Shown: positions 52,069-62,552, counted from the stretch's first letter. The stretch is DNA of 64,000 nt from Verrucomicrobiota bacterium (GCA_039818205.1 JBCBUK010000001.1:564460-628459), one strand, 5' to 3'. Numbers and translations are program-made. Notes: generated by a model not told the origin, from the letters alone.

Positions 52069-52374
52069 TTAGTTTCGCAGCTCCGCCAGTTCTTCGACCA
52101 TGACCGTCTGACGCTTTCGGTAGAGCGCGACGATGATCGCGAGGCCAACCGCAACTTCCGCCGCGGCAACCGAGATGATAAAGAAGACGAACAAATTGCC
52201 GTCCATCGAATTGTGAAAGCGGGAAAATGCGACGAGTGCCAAGTTTACCGCGTTGAGCATAAGCTCCAAACACATGTAAATGACCAAGGTGTTTCGGCGC
52301 AAAAGGACACCAAAGAAGCCGATGGCAAAAAGCAGGCCCGAAACGAACAAATAATCGTTGAGTTCGATGGTCAT
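52069..52374 (-). CDS. nuoK: NADH-quinone oxidoreductase subunit K
   Basis: [19 protein letters not shown]. Confidence 0.98.
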   Translation of the reverse strand: MTIELNDYLFVSGLLFAIGFFGVLLRRNTLVIYMCLELMLNAVNLALVAFSRFHNSMDGNLFVFFIISVAAAEVAVGLAIIVALYRKRQTVMVEELAELRN

Positions 52375-52949
52375 GATTCAAGACCTCCTGTCTTGGCGGG
52401 TGCTTGGTCACCGCTGGCATCAAGGCGCTTGCTCAAGACGATGACACCAACCATGGCGATGAGCAGGAGAAATCCAGTCACTTGAAATGGCAGCATATAC
52501 TTCGTGAAAAGACCGTATCCGTAGGAGCGGGAAGATGTGGTATACGGAATATTGTCTGGCGTCACATCCTTGGGCAGCTCGGTAACGGCGGGCAAGGGCG
52601 TCGCCGGAGCCGCGCTATCGCCCAAAGTAAAATACACCAAACCCAACACGAGCAGGAGTCCGCCAACGGTTGAAGCTGCGGTCGTCAGGCGATTCGGGCG
52701 GATCGTGCGCCCTTTCTCCGCATCGAGCAGCATGATGATGAAAAGGAAAAGAACCATCACCGCACCGGCGTAAACCAGCACTTGCAGCGCAGCCAGGAAA
52801 TAGGCTTCGAGCAAGAGGAACAGCGCCGCCATGCCAACGAAGCTGGCGATCATGTACATCGCCCCATTGACCGGGTTACGACTGACCGTGACGAGAAACG
52901 CCGATAAAACAGTCAGTGCAGCAAATAGGTAGAAGAGAAAATCCGACAT
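52371..52949 (-). CDS. nuoJ: NADH-quinone oxidoreductase subunit J
   Basis: [23 protein letters not shown]. Confidence 0.97.
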   Translation of the reverse strand: MSDFLFYLFAALTVLSAFLVTVSRNPVNGAMYMIASFVGMAALFLLLEAYFLAALQVLVYAGAVMVLFLFIIMLLDAEKGRTIRPNRLTTAASTVGGLLLVLGLVYFTLGDSAAPATPLPAVTELPKDVTPDNIPYTTSSRSYGYGLFTKYMLPFQVTGFLLLIAMVGVIVLSKRLDASGDQAPAKTGGLES

Positions 52950-53009
52950 GAGCAGATCACGTAGCTAAAGAAAAGCGTTCGCTCATGAAAAGCGAAAAGC
53001 TTGAAATTT

Positions 53010-53558
53010 CTAGTGATGGCCTCCAGCGGCGGCGTTTTCTTCAGCTTCCTTTTTCTTGTCCCACTTGTAGTGTTCATCGGGAAGCGTGCCACCGAGTTCA
53101 TAAAGCTTGGCCTTGTGATAGACCAATTCTTCGCGTGAATAGCCAGAAACCGAGTAAATTTCTTGCAGGAAAATGGCCTCTTCCGGGCAAACTTCCTGGC
53201 ACATGCCGCAGTAGATGCAGCGCAACATGTTAATTTCGAAGTCCTTCGGGCGCTTTTCGACGTGGGCGTCTTCATCGCTCTCGTCGATTTCGCCGGGAGT
53301 GATTCGAATGGCCTTAGGCGGGCAAACGAACTCGCACAACTGACAGGAAACACATTTTTCGCGGCCGTTTGGGTCTTTCACCAAGGTCGGCACGCCGCGG
53401 TAATTTTCCGGAATGGTTGGGCGCTCTTCGGGATACTCCAGTGTGACCTTTGGGCGCAGCATGTTGTCCAGGGTGATTTTTAATCCCCCGAGGACCTGCG
53501 GCAGGTAGGTCTTCTCCCAAAGAGTGAGTGGTGAACGATCGACAACTTTAACGGCCAT
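53010..53558 (-). CDS. nuoI: NADH-quinone oxidoreductase subunit I
   Basis: T..YPEE; CVSCQLCEFVCP and CIYCGMCQEVCP 2x[4Fe-4S]. Confidence 0.98.
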   Translation of the reverse strand: MAVKVVDRSPLTLWEKTYLPQVLGGLKITLDNMLRPKVTLEYPEERPTIPENYRGVPTLVKDPNGREKCVSCQLCEFVCPPKAIRITPGEIDESDEDAHVEKRPKDFEINMLRCIYCGMCQEVCPEEAIFLQEIYSVSGYSREELVYHKAKLYELGGTLPDEHYKWDKKKEAEENAAAGGHH

Positions 53559-53575
53559 GATGAATCAATATTGTG

Positions 53576-54733
53576 TTATTCGACTTGGGCCGGGGTTTCA
53601 GCTATGGTGAAAACAACATCCCATAGTCCGATGACCAGTGCATAAATGAAGATACAAGCCAGGGCTCCGGGGACGAGATATTTCCACCCGAGGTTCATGA
53701 CTTGGTCGTAGCGGAAGCGCGGCAGCGTCCAGCGCACCCACATGAAGAAGAAAACGAAGAACATCGTCTTCCCGATGAAGTATAGCACACTCAGGATTGA
53801 GCCGAAGACTCCCCAGTGCTGCCAAGGATCCGCAACCCAATCGGGTAAAATCCCGAAGGTCGGCAGGAAATTCCAACCGCCAAGGAAGAGAATCGTAAAG
53901 ACCGCCGAACCGATAATCATGTGTGCGTATTCGCCCACAAAGAAGAGTCCGAATTTGAATGCGCCATATTCGGTGTGAAAACCACCGACGAGCTCCGTCT
54001 CACTCTCTGGCATATCGAACGGCAAACGATTGGTTTCCGCAAAAAGCGAGGTTAGGAAAATGAACGCCGGAAGCGGCATCCAGATCGCGAGCCAGCATTC
54101 CTGCTGGGCCTGAACAACGTTAAAGAGATTAAGGCCGCCAACCCCGGCTTCAGGACCGTTTGCCCACATGAAGACCGGCAGGATACTCATGCCCATCGCC
54201 AGCTCATAAGAGATCATCTGAGCGGAGGAGCGGATGCCACCGAAATAAGGATACTTGGAGTTCGCCGCCCAGCCACCAATAACGATGCCATATACCCCTA
54301 AGGAGCTGACTGCAAAAATGAACAGAATGCCGATGTCGACATTGGCCAAGACCAACGGATGGTTCACGCCATCAACGGTGTATTGACCGAATGGCATAAC
54401 GACCATCGTCGTCAGCGCGGGAACCACCGCCAAAGCTGGTGCCAAGACATAGTAAAGCTTGTTTACGTGACCTGGAACTGGATCTTCCTTGAACAGGAAC
54501 TTAACACCGTCTGCCAATGGTTGCCAGATACCGAGCCGCACCATCATGGTGCCGATCACCGGAATTGCCGAAACGCCGGGAAGCGCGGTTCGGTTAGGAC
54601 CAACCCGGCCTTGAATCCAGGAAGCGACCTTGCGCTCCGCAAGCACCGAATAGCCGGCAAAGGTCATCACCACAGCGATCATTGCAATGGCAAATCCAAG
54701 TTGAATGAGAATCTCTACCCAATCGATCGTCAT
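53576..54733 (-). CDS. nuoH: NADH-quinone oxidoreductase subunit H
   Basis: ERKV..IQGRVGPNR, AQMISYE, AETNRLPFD.PE.E.ELV.G, PRFRYDQ. Confidence 0.98.
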   Translation of the reverse strand: MTIDWVEILIQLGFAIAMIAVVMTFAGYSVLAERKVASWIQGRVGPNRTALPGVSAIPVIGTMMVRLGIWQPLADGVKFLFKEDPVPGHVNKLYYVLAPALAVVPALTTMVVMPFGQYTVDGVNHPLVLANVDIGILFIFAVSSLGVYGIVIGGWAANSKYPYFGGIRSSAQMISYELAMGMSILPVFMWANGPEAGVGGLNLFNVVQAQQECWLAIWMPLPAFIFLTSLFAETNRLPFDMPESETELVGGFHTEYGAFKFGLFFVGEYAHMIIGSAVFTILFLGGWNFLPTFGILPDWVADPWQHWGVFGSILSVLYFIGKTMFFVFFFMWVRWTLPRFRYDQVMNLGWKYLVPGALACIFIYALVIGLWDVVFTIAETPAQVE

Positions 54734-54739
54734 GACAGC

Positions 54740-56449
54740 CTAGGAGGGGGAGCTATCGGCTCCAACCAGTTCCGCGACAGGTTCGAAATGCCAACCCTTC
54801 TCTTCCACAAAGGGAATTGAGGTATAGGCAGAACCGTCAAGTTCAAGTCCAGTAGCAGGTATCTTTGCAAATTCGATGTTGGCGCACTCAGTCACCGCGC
54901 CGGAAATCTCCCGCCAAATCTGCGGGTTGCTCGGAGCCGTCGGGGTTTCGCCCTTAAATTCTGCAATCAGGCGACCAAGAAGCGTGGTGGTCGGCAAAAT
55001 GCCAGCCGGACCGGGAACGCATTGGGCAAACTTTTGCAGGCGGAACTGTTGGTTGATGAATGAGCCCGAGCGCTCGAAAACCGTCAGCGAAGGAATCAAC
55101 ACTTTAGCGTGATCCGTCGAGCCGTTGCGATTGGTTCCGATATAGATCAAATTGACCTTCTTGAGGAGCTCGGAGGAGATCCCGCCCGCAACCAAGTCTT
55201 CGCCAAAAGCGACCACCGTCGTCACCTCGCCCGACTCAAGCTGATCGTGCAAAGCATGAAGATTGTCTGCAGGCAACTCTTTGATCAGACTGGTAACGAA
55301 AGCGCCTCGCAGGTTTGGCGTTTTGTCTTTGGAAATGAGTCGACCGTCGCCGTCGCCGGTGTGATAGCGGAAATGAATGCTACCCGGCTCAGTCTCAGCG
55401 AGCTTGCGAAGCATCCATTGTTCTTCGACGCTCATTTGACCAGAACCCACATAAGCGACTTTGCCTAACCCCATCAATTCACGGGTTCGACCAATCGCCT
55501 CACCAAGGCTAGCCTTGTTGCCATCGACGCGATAGTTAAGCATGCGTGCTTCGTCTTCAACCTGATGATACAATGCGCGGCCGGAGTCGGCCATCCAGGT
55601 ATCATTCACAGCATCATTGCGCCGCGGTGTAACGCGATAAATCTTACCTTCCCGGCTCCAAACCTCGGTATTCACGCCAGCACTGGATTCGGTGCAGATG
55701 CTCGGAGTTGGTTTGAGAAACCAAACGCGCATCTTGAAGCGGAAATCGGTGCTGGTCAGCGCGCCAACTGGACAGATGTCGACGGTATTGAGCGAGTAGT
55801 TACTGTCGAGCTGCTTGCCTGGATAGGTGGTCAAAGTCGAGTGACTGCCCCGTTCGGTAAATCCAAGAACTGGGTTCTCGTCAATCTCGTCGCAGAAACG
55901 CACGCAACGCGAGCAAAGGATGCAGCGCTCATCGTCCAAAGTAACGCGCGGCCCGAGCTTGGTGCGCTTTGGCTTCGCATTCTTCTCTTCGACAAAACGG
56001 CTAAAGCCGCGACCATAGTCAGTCGCAAATTCCTGGAGGCGACACTCTCCGGCTTGGTCACAAATTGGGCAATCCAGCGGGTGGTTCACCAAGAGGAATT
56101 CCATGACGCCTTCGCGGCAGTTCTTGGTCAAATCACTCTCGGTTTTGATGTGCAAACCAGGCATTGCCTTGGATGCGCAGGCAATCGCGGGCTTGGGCAT
56201 CCAGCCGATTTTCTGCACGCCATCATCGTCGAGGACTGGCTCACCCGTGGCGCGGTCACGCATCGGCATCCCCATTTCGACGAGGCACATGCGGCAGTTG
56301 CCAGCGACAGACAGCTTTGGATGGTAGCAGTAGTGCGGGACCTCAACTCCGGCGACCGAACAAGCGTCGACGAGATTCATCCCGTCCGGCACTTTGTGTT
56401 CGTTGCCGTCGATGTTAATAGTTACCAAATTGGTTTCGTTGTCAGCCAT
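54740..56449 (-). CDS. nuoG: NADH-quinone oxidoreductase subunit G (short form)
   Basis: HYCYHP.L..AGNCRMC, NHPLDCPICDQAGEC, CILCSRC, DICPVGAL. Confidence 0.96.
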   Translation of the reverse strand: MADNETNLVTINIDGNEHKVPDGMNLVDACSVAGVEVPHYCYHPKLSVAGNCRMCLVEMGMPMRDRATGEPVLDDDGVQKIGWMPKPAIACASKAMPGLHIKTESDLTKNCREGVMEFLLVNHPLDCPICDQAGECRLQEFATDYGRGFSRFVEEKNAKPKRTKLGPRVTLDDERCILCSRCVRFCDEIDENPVLGFTERGSHSTLTTYPGKQLDSNYSLNTVDICPVGALTSTDFRFKMRVWFLKPTPSICTESSAGVNTEVWSREGKIYRVTPRRNDAVNDTWMADSGRALYHQVEDEARMLNYRVDGNKASLGEAIGRTRELMGLGKVAYVGSGQMSVEEQWMLRKLAETEPGSIHFRYHTGDGDGRLISKDKTPNLRGAFVTSLIKELPADNLHALHDQLESGEVTTVVAFGEDLVAGGISSELLKKVNLIYIGTNRNGSTDHAKVLIPSLTVFERSGSFINQQFRLQKFAQCVPGPAGILPTTTLLGRLIAEFKGETPTAPSNPQIWREISGAVTECANIEFAKIPATGLELDGSAYTSIPFVEEKGWHFEPVAELVGADSSPS

Positions 56450-56460
56450 TTGAATTCAAC

Positions 56461-57819
56461 TCAGATCAGTGGGAATCCCTCTGGGTTATAGCGGTCACCG
56501 TTGGCTTGTTTCTTAATCTTGTCGAGATATTCATCCTGAAACTTTGGAACGGCGCTCTGAACCGGCCAAGCAACGGCCTCACCGTGAGCACAGATGGTGC
56601 GTCCGGCAACCTGATCGGCAATGTCTTTGAGCAGCGGGACATCTTCTTCACGGCCAAGGCCGGAAGTCATGCGAGTGCTAACTTTGTTGAGCCAGAGTGA
56701 GCCCTCGCGACAAGGAGTGCACTGACCGCAAGACTCGTGTGCGTAGAATGCATTGAGGTTGGCCAGCGCTTCCAGCATATCAGTCGAATCGTCCATAACG
56801 ATCGAGCCGCCGGTGCCAAGGAAAGTACCGCAAAGCCCAATAGAAACCGCGTCGAGGGGTATGTCCTCAACGGTCCATTCATACTCCTCACCATCGTTCG
56901 GATGCTTAACTTTGAAAGTCTCGCCCCAGCGCAGGATTTTGGTGGAAGAACCACCGGGAATCAGCGCTTTGAACTGACGGCCATCGAGTGGGCCGCCGCA
57001 AAGGTCGTGAAGGAGATCACCGAAAGTGGCACTGCCAGCTTCAATCTCGTAATATCCGGGATTTTTGACGTGACCGCTGACACCCCAAATGTGCGTGCCC
57101 GAGTCACCCTTGATCCCAATTTTTGCAAACTCCTCTCCGCCCATATCGATCACATGCTTGACCTGGCAGAGTGTTTCAACGTTGTTCACAATTGTTGGGC
57201 ACATATATAAGCCCAATGCCGCCGGGAAATAAGGAGGCTTAATGCGTGGATATCCGCGCTTGCCTTCCAGCGATTCGATCAGGCCGGTCTCCTCACCGCA
57301 AATATAAGCGCCGGCACCGCGGTGAACGAGCAAATCGCACGAGTAACCGCTTCCCAGAATGTCCTCGCCGAGGAAGTTCTTTGCCCGGGCTTCTTCGATA
57401 GCGGCCTCCAAGATACGAGCGCCGTTAACGAACTCCCCGCGCACGTAGATGAATGCTTGCTTTGCGCCAATCGCGAAGGCGCTGATCATCATCCCCTCAA
57501 TCAATTGATGTGGGTCTTGGTAGATCAACTGGCGGTCCTTGTAAGTTCCAGGCTCGGATTCGTCCGCGTTGCAAACCAAGTAGATCGGCTTGCCGGATTT
57601 GAAATCGAGGAACTTCCATTTCATGCCGGTCGGAAAACCCGCACCGCCACGACCGCGTAAGCCGCTATTCAACACCTCTTGGCGCAAGTCTTCGGGCTTG
57701 GCCTGGACGGCTTTCTTCAACACCTCGTAGCCACCATTTTTCAGATAGCAATCGATGTCGTTCGAGTAACCGTCCTCGTCGACGTGCTTGTAAATGATTC
57801 TGCGTTCTTTAATCGCCAT
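56461..57819 (-). CDS. nuoF: NADH-quinone oxidoreductase subunit F
   Basis: GLRGRGGAGF, NADESEPG, GAGAYICGEET, ESCGQCTPCREG. Confidence 0.98.
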   Translation of the reverse strand: MAIKERRIIYKHVDEDGYSNDIDCYLKNGGYEVLKKAVQAKPEDLRQEVLNSGLRGRGGAGFPTGMKWKFLDFKSGKPIYLVCNADESEPGTYKDRQLIYQDPHQLIEGMMISAFAIGAKQAFIYVRGEFVNGARILEAAIEEARAKNFLGEDILGSGYSCDLLVHRGAGAYICGEETGLIESLEGKRGYPRIKPPYFPAALGLYMCPTIVNNVETLCQVKHVIDMGGEEFAKIGIKGDSGTHIWGVSGHVKNPGYYEIEAGSATFGDLLHDLCGGPLDGRQFKALIPGGSSTKILRWGETFKVKHPNDGEEYEWTVEDIPLDAVSIGLCGTFLGTGGSIVMDDSTDMLEALANLNAFYAHESCGQCTPCREGSLWLNKVSTRMTSGLGREEDVPLLKDIADQVAGRTICAHGEAVAWPVQSAVPKFQDEYLDKIKKQANGDRYNPEGFPLI

Positions 57820-57843
57820 GGATTCTAAATTGTTTTCTAGCCC

Positions 57844-58380
57844 TTATCCCATGAAGGCAGGACTCCGCTCACCCGAGGTGTCCGAATCGACATCTTCACC
57901 TTCAGCAATGCGCTTTAATTTCTCGATTAACTCGTCGGCTTTGCCATCGGGCGTAACCTTCTCGTAGAGCTTGTCGTCGACCTGGACCACTGGGCCATAA
58001 CCGCAATCGGCAATGCATTCGACGAACTCAATTGTGAATTTCCCGTCCTCAGAGGTTTCCCCGCGCTTGCAGTTTAGCGCCTGCTCAAGCTTCTCGCACG
58101 TCTTGTAGGCGCCGACCAAGGCACAAGAGAGCGTCCGGCAAACCTTGACGTGTACTTTGCCAATGGGCTCGCGACGATACATCGGGTAAAATGTGACCAC
58201 TTCCCAGACCTGGATCGGCTGAATCTCAAGCTTCTCGGCAATCCATTCTACGGACTCCTTAGACAGGTAACCTTTTTCCTCCTGGATAATATGCAGAAGC
58301 GGGAGCGTCGCGCTGCGCTTCTGCGGGTACCGCGGGATGAGCTTATCAATTTTTTCCAGTGTTTCCGGTTTCAGGTCCAT
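57844..58380 (-). CDS. nuoE: NADH-quinone oxidoreductase subunit E
   Basis: VVTFYPM, CRTLSC...ECIADC [2Fe-2S]. Confidence 0.97.
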   Translation of the reverse strand: MDLKPETLEKIDKLIPRYPQKRSATLPLLHIIQEEKGYLSKESVEWIAEKLEIQPIQVWEVVTFYPMYRREPIGKVHVKVCRTLSCALVGAYKTCEKLEQALNCKRGETSEDGKFTIEFVECIADCGYGPVVQVDDKLYEKVTPDGKADELIEKLKRIAEGEDVDSDTSGERSPAFMG

Positions 58381-58438
58381 TTGAAATAGTGAGTCGTAAC
58401 AAGGTAGATATGAGTAGCGAAAATATACGATCGGCGGG

Positions 58439-59680
58439 CTAGCGGTCGGCTTCTCCCATCACAAAATCAAGGCTGCCGAGCAACACAGGGATGTCACTCA
58501 TCATGTGGCCTGGAGTGATGTGAGAAAGAATACTCAATGAGCTGAAGGACGGACCACGAATCTTCAAGCGATACGGCACTCCCCCACCCTTACTATGGAT
58601 GAAGAATGCAAGAACGCCCTTAGGATTCTCTGCCTCAAAGTAGACTTCGCCAGCTGGAATCTGAGGACCTTCGGTAACGATCATGAAGTTCTGAATCAAC
58701 TCCTCCATGCTCGTAAGGACCTTGTCTTTCCGCGGCGCAAAAATCTTCTTCGCATCCTCAGCATACCATGGTCCATCGGGCATTTTCTCGATTGCCTGTC
58801 GGACAATCCGAATGCTCTGCCGCATCTCCTCCATACGAACCAGGTAACGGTCGTAGGAGTCGCCTTTCGAACCGATCGGCACGTCAAACTCGTAGTTTTC
58901 GTAGCCGCTATAAGGGTGTGCTTTGCGGACGTCAAATTCGGCACCGGATGCGCGGAGGTTAGCCCCGGTCAGACCCCAAGCCAATGCATCCTTTTTGGAG
59001 ATCGTGCCAACATCGCGGGTGCGGTCCACAAAGATGCGGTTGCGAGTCAATAACTTATCCAACTCGTCAACGATCGGGACCAGTTGATTACAGAAATCGA
59101 TAACACGACCCATCCAACCCTCCGGCATATCGCGTGTCAGCCCTCCAATCCGTGTGTAGCTGGTCGTGAATCGCGCGCCCGTAAGCTCTTCGAACAAGGT
59201 ATAGAGCTTCTCACGCTCGGTAAAGGTATACATGAACGTCGTGAGCGCACCAGTATCCATCCCGTAAACTCCCAAGCCCAGCAGGTGGGATGAAATACGA
59301 GCGAGTTCGCAGCAGATGACGCGGATCGCCTCGCAACGAGGTGGAACCTGAATTCCCGCCAAGCGCTCGACGGCAATTGCATAAGTCACGTTGTTCGCCA
59401 GCGGAGCCAGATAATCCAGACGATCCGTATACGGAACGAACTGATTGTAAGTCATGTTCTCGGCGATTTTTTCGTCACCGCGGTGCAAGTAGCCCACAAC
59501 CGGGTCACATTCGGTGACCATGTCGCCATCAAGCTTGAGCTTCAGACGCAGGACGCCATGGGTTGCCGGGTGGGATGGCCCCATGTTCAGGGTCATTTCT
59601 TCGCCCTTGAGCTCATCGCGCTCATACTGAGCGGCGCGGTTGGCGACATCGCCTAGAGAAATTTCTGCTTCGGTAGCCAT
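58439..59680 (-). CDS. nuoD: NADH-quinone oxidoreductase subunit D
   Basis: NMGPSHPATHGVLRL, GYLHRG.EK, DRLDY, D.VMGE.DR. Confidence 0.98.
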   Translation of the reverse strand: MATEAEISLGDVANRAAQYERDELKGEEMTLNMGPSHPATHGVLRLKLKLDGDMVTECDPVVGYLHRGDEKIAENMTYNQFVPYTDRLDYLAPLANNVTYAIAVERLAGIQVPPRCEAIRVICCELARISSHLLGLGVYGMDTGALTTFMYTFTEREKLYTLFEELTGARFTTSYTRIGGLTRDMPEGWMGRVIDFCNQLVPIVDELDKLLTRNRIFVDRTRDVGTISKKDALAWGLTGANLRASGAEFDVRKAHPYSGYENYEFDVPIGSKGDSYDRYLVRMEEMRQSIRIVRQAIEKMPDGPWYAEDAKKIFAPRKDKVLTSMEELIQNFMIVTEGPQIPAGEVYFEAENPKGVLAFFIHSKGGGVPYRLKIRGPSFSSLSILSHITPGHMMSDIPVLLGSLDFVMGEADR

Positions 59681-59686
59681 GGGTCT

Positions 59687-60304
59687 TTATTCGTTTGGCT
59701 TAGGTTTAACTTCGTTCCAGCTCTGATCGGCAGCTCGTGGCTCACGCTCGGACATCGGTCCGGTTTGCGGCGCATGGAATGGACCACCCATCATCGGAGC
59801 CGCGATTACTTTGGCCTTTGTCGCCTCAGTAATATCGTCTGCCGGCAGGTCGGTCTCAATACCAGCAAGCGGGAATTCTTTGCGGAGCGGGTGGTACGGA
59901 TAATCGTCCCACATCAAAATTCGGCGCAAATCGGGGTGGTTCCTATAATGGATGCCCATCAGATCGTAGCTTTCGCGCTCGTGCCAATCAGCGGCAGGAA
60001 AGATTTGGGCGAGACTCGGAAGCTCGGGCTCGACATCGTCTGGACAATCTGAAGCCAGGCGAAGGTATTCGTTCTTCGCCGTGCTGGCAAAGTGATAAAC
60101 ACCCGTAAAGCGTGGTGAGGCATCCTCGCCAAAGTCAATGGCGGTAACGTCCATTAGCAGGTCATAACTGCATTCGTCGCGGAGCCAGAGAGCCACACTG
60201 GGCAACAGGTCCGAGGGGACGTTTGCCGCCGGGTGGTCCAAAGATTCGCGGATCGTCGCTCCGTCGAATTTCGCAATAATTTCTTCGACAATCTTGTTGT
60301 CCAT
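59687..60304 (-). CDS. nuoC: NADH-quinone oxidoreductase subunit C
   Basis: WHERE.YDLMGI, HPDLRRIL, HPLRKEFPL. Confidence 0.97.
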   Translation of the reverse strand: MDNKIVEEIIAKFDGATIRESLDHPAANVPSDLLPSVALWLRDECSYDLLMDVTAIDFGEDASPRFTGVYHFASTAKNEYLRLASDCPDDVEPELPSLAQIFPAADWHERESYDLMGIHYRNHPDLRRILMWDDYPYHPLRKEFPLAGIETDLPADDITEATKAKVIAAPMMGGPFHAPQTGPMSEREPRAADQSWNEVKPKPNE

Positions 60305-60330
60305 AGTGTGGGAAATTGAGCTCTTCGCGA

Positions 60331-60885
60331 TTAGGCGTTGGCAGCGGCTTCAGACTTAACCGGAGGCGCTTCGTGCATGTTGCGGTTCATGAGGTTCTTC
60401 ACCGAAGACTCCCGATCAATTTTCTCCTGCAGTTTGATCATGCCGTCAAGCAGTGCTTCCGGACGCGGAGGGCATCCGCTAACGTAGACGTCAACTGGTA
60501 CAATTCGGTCAACTCCCTGCAAAACCGCATAGGAACGATACATGCCACCGGTCGAAGCACAAGCGCCCATGGCGACTACCCACTTCGGCTCCGCCATTTG
60601 GTCGTAGATCCGTCGGACAACTTCCGACATCTTGTAGGTTACGGTTCCCGAAACGATCATGCAATCTGCCTGTCGCGGTGAAAAACGCATGACCTCCATA
60701 CCGAATCGGCTGATGTCGAAGCGCGATCCACCGACGGCCATTAACTCAATAGCACAGCAAGCCAGCCCCATCGGCATGGGCCATACCGAGTGGCGGCGAA
60801 TCCAATTAATCGCAGTGTCGAGCTTGGTCACCACCAAGTCTCCTTCGATCTTACTATTGTAGGCGTAGTTGCTCTCCGTAGCCAT
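60331..60885 (-). CDS. nuoB: NADH-quinone oxidoreductase subunit B
   Basis: [28 protein letters not shown]. Confidence 0.98.
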   Translation of the reverse strand: MATESNYAYNSKIEGDLVVTKLDTAINWIRRHSVWPMPMGLACCAIELMAVGGSRFDISRFGMEVMRFSPRQADCMIVSGTVTYKMSEVVRRIYDQMAEPKWVVAMGACASTGGMYRSYAVLQGVDRIVPVDVYVSGCPPRPEALLDGMIKLQEKIDRESSVKNLMNRNMHEAPPVKSEAAANA

Positions 60886-61095
60886 AATCCTAACTGGTTA
60901 AAGGTTGGAATGTGCCCCGTTGCAAACGAAAATGCTACGAAACCCATTCTCAATAAGAATTCCTTCTTGTTCCGTCCACAATAGAGCCATTTTCAGCCAA
61001 TTTATCAAGTGGGACATGGAAATTTTGCGCTCAAAGCTTGACGACGCCACGATCGCCCAACATACACGATCGTTTTCATTCCCAGTGAAAGCCAC

Positions 61096-61186
<91 letters not shown>

Positions 61187-61192
61187 CACTTT

Positions 61193-61222
61193 AGGTCTAG
61201 TTCGCCGCTAGGCCTTTATTTA
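61193..61222 (+). terminator. Terminator hairpin after tRNA-Ser
   Basis: AGGTCTAG..CTAGGCCT followed by TTATTT. Confidence 0.6.
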
Positions 61223-61317
61223 TGCCCAAACGAAGGCTATCACTGGGCTTGAGGAGATTTGGGTATCGCTCCGCTTGCACGACTCAGATTGCAAATAATT
61301 GCCTCTTGCGAGAAAAT

Positions 61318-61336
61318 GTAGTAACTCAGTTACTAC
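61318..61336. promoter_or_regulatory. Perfect 9-bp inverted repeat just upstream of the integrase start
   Basis: GTAGTAACT-C-AGTTACTAC, 6 nt before ATG 61343. Confidence 0.55.
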
Positions 61337-61342
61337 CTAAAA

Positions 61343-62410
61343 ATGAACATTTATAAGCGGAAGCGGGAAGGAAGAGCGAAGCCATGGGAGGCTTGCTGGT
61401 ACGTTGATAGAAAACGGAAAAGCCGCTTCTTTGCGACCAAGAAAGAGCGTGACGCCTGGATCAAACAGAACGGCAAGGAAGGCGGGCTAGATACCTGGCA
61501 GGAAATTCGCGAAAAGTGTGAAGAGTTTGGAATCGATCCATTACACATAATAAATGATTATATCCGTACGAATTTTCCTAATGACCGAGTTACAATCAAC
61601 CAGGCAGTCGACGACTTGCTCGAATCCAAAGAGCATCGCGACAAATCTTACCTCTGTCATTTGTCCGGCTTCCTGCAAAAGAAGTTCGTCCCGGAGTTCT
61701 CGCACCTGGCCCCGCACCAAATAGACTCCCACAAGATCCGCAACTTCCTCAACGGACTGACCTCCCATCCGGTTACGTTCCGCAACTACCGGAACTACCT
61801 GCGGATCTTCTTTAACTTCTGTGAACGCGAAAAGTGGATCGTCAACAATCCGGTCAAACACGTTCCACTACTGGAAGCGCCACCAGAAGAAATTCGATTC
61901 CACAAACCAAAGGAGGTAAAGCTACTGCTCGAGTCCGCGCGGACCAGCGAGAAGCAAATCCTCCGCGATATGCTTCCCCTACTCGCCCTGCAAGCCTTTG
62001 CCGGCATCCGATCCGAAACGGCCTACAAAATGGAATGGGACATGATCGATTTCGACCGAAAGGAAATCGTGATTCCCGCGGCCATCATGAAGAAGCGTCG
62101 CAAACACATCATGCAAGGCCTCGAAGACAATCTTTGGCATTGGCTCAACATCTGCGACCAGTCGAAAGAGCTTAGCATGACCGCCCGAGCATTCCGTCAC
62201 CGCAAACGACAAGTCCTGGACCTATCCGGAGTCGAAGACATCAAAAACGGTTTGCGCCATTCATTTGCAACTTACCATGTTACCCTTCATCAAAGCGCCG
62301 ATAAAACCGCCCTACTCATGCCCCACCGCTCCGCAACCGAGCTCTGGGAACACTACTACGGTGCTGGACGTTCTACTGATGCCAAGGCTTACTTCGAGAT
62401 CGTGCCATAG
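61343..62410 (+). CDS. Tyrosine recombinase / phage-type integrase
   Basis: N-terminal arm-binding-like region, NPV, AGIRSE (Arg), KNGLRHSFATY (H->N variant of HxxR), LMPH, EHYY (Tyr); adjacent to the tRNA 3' end. Confidence 0.93.
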   Translation: MNIYKRKREGRAKPWEACWYVDRKRKSRFFATKKERDAWIKQNGKEGGLDTWQEIREKCEEFGIDPLHIINDYIRTNFPNDRVTINQAVDDLLESKEHRDKSYLCHLSGFLQKKFVPEFSHLAPHQIDSHKIRNFLNGLTSHPVTFRNYRNYLRIFFNFCEREKWIVNNPVKHVPLLEAPPEEIRFHKPKEVKLLLESARTSEKQILRDMLPLLALQAFAGIRSETAYKMEWDMIDFDRKEIVIPAAIMKKRRKHIMQGLEDNLWHWLNICDQSKELSMTARAFRHRKRQVLDLSGVEDIKNGLRHSFATYHVTLHQSADKTALLMPHRSATELWEHYYGAGRSTDAKAYFEIVP

Positions 62411-62487
62411 CCATTGCCGCGATTCGCTTCTCTCACCCAGTCGGGAACATCGCTCTGCTCGTTTCGCTACACGATTTTCTCGCTAGT

Positions 62488-62543
62488 AACTAACGCGGAG
62501 AGTAGCCGCGCCGTGAATCGTCACCTAGCTCGCCTGGTTATGC
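62488..62543 (-). repeat. attC-like site 3 (56 bp)
   Basis: Minus strand: R'' GCATAAC, 5 nt, L'' GAGCTAG ... L' CTACTC (one extra base in L''), 5 nt, R' GTTAGTT. Confidence 0.75.
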
Positions 62544-62552
62544 TGTTAGTTT

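Noticed and set aside
61343..62410. Calling the integrase an integron integrase (intI)
   Set aside because: No recognisable IntI-specific insertion, an arm-binding-like N-terminus, a tRNA-adjacent position, and location at the 3' end of the array rather than beside attI.
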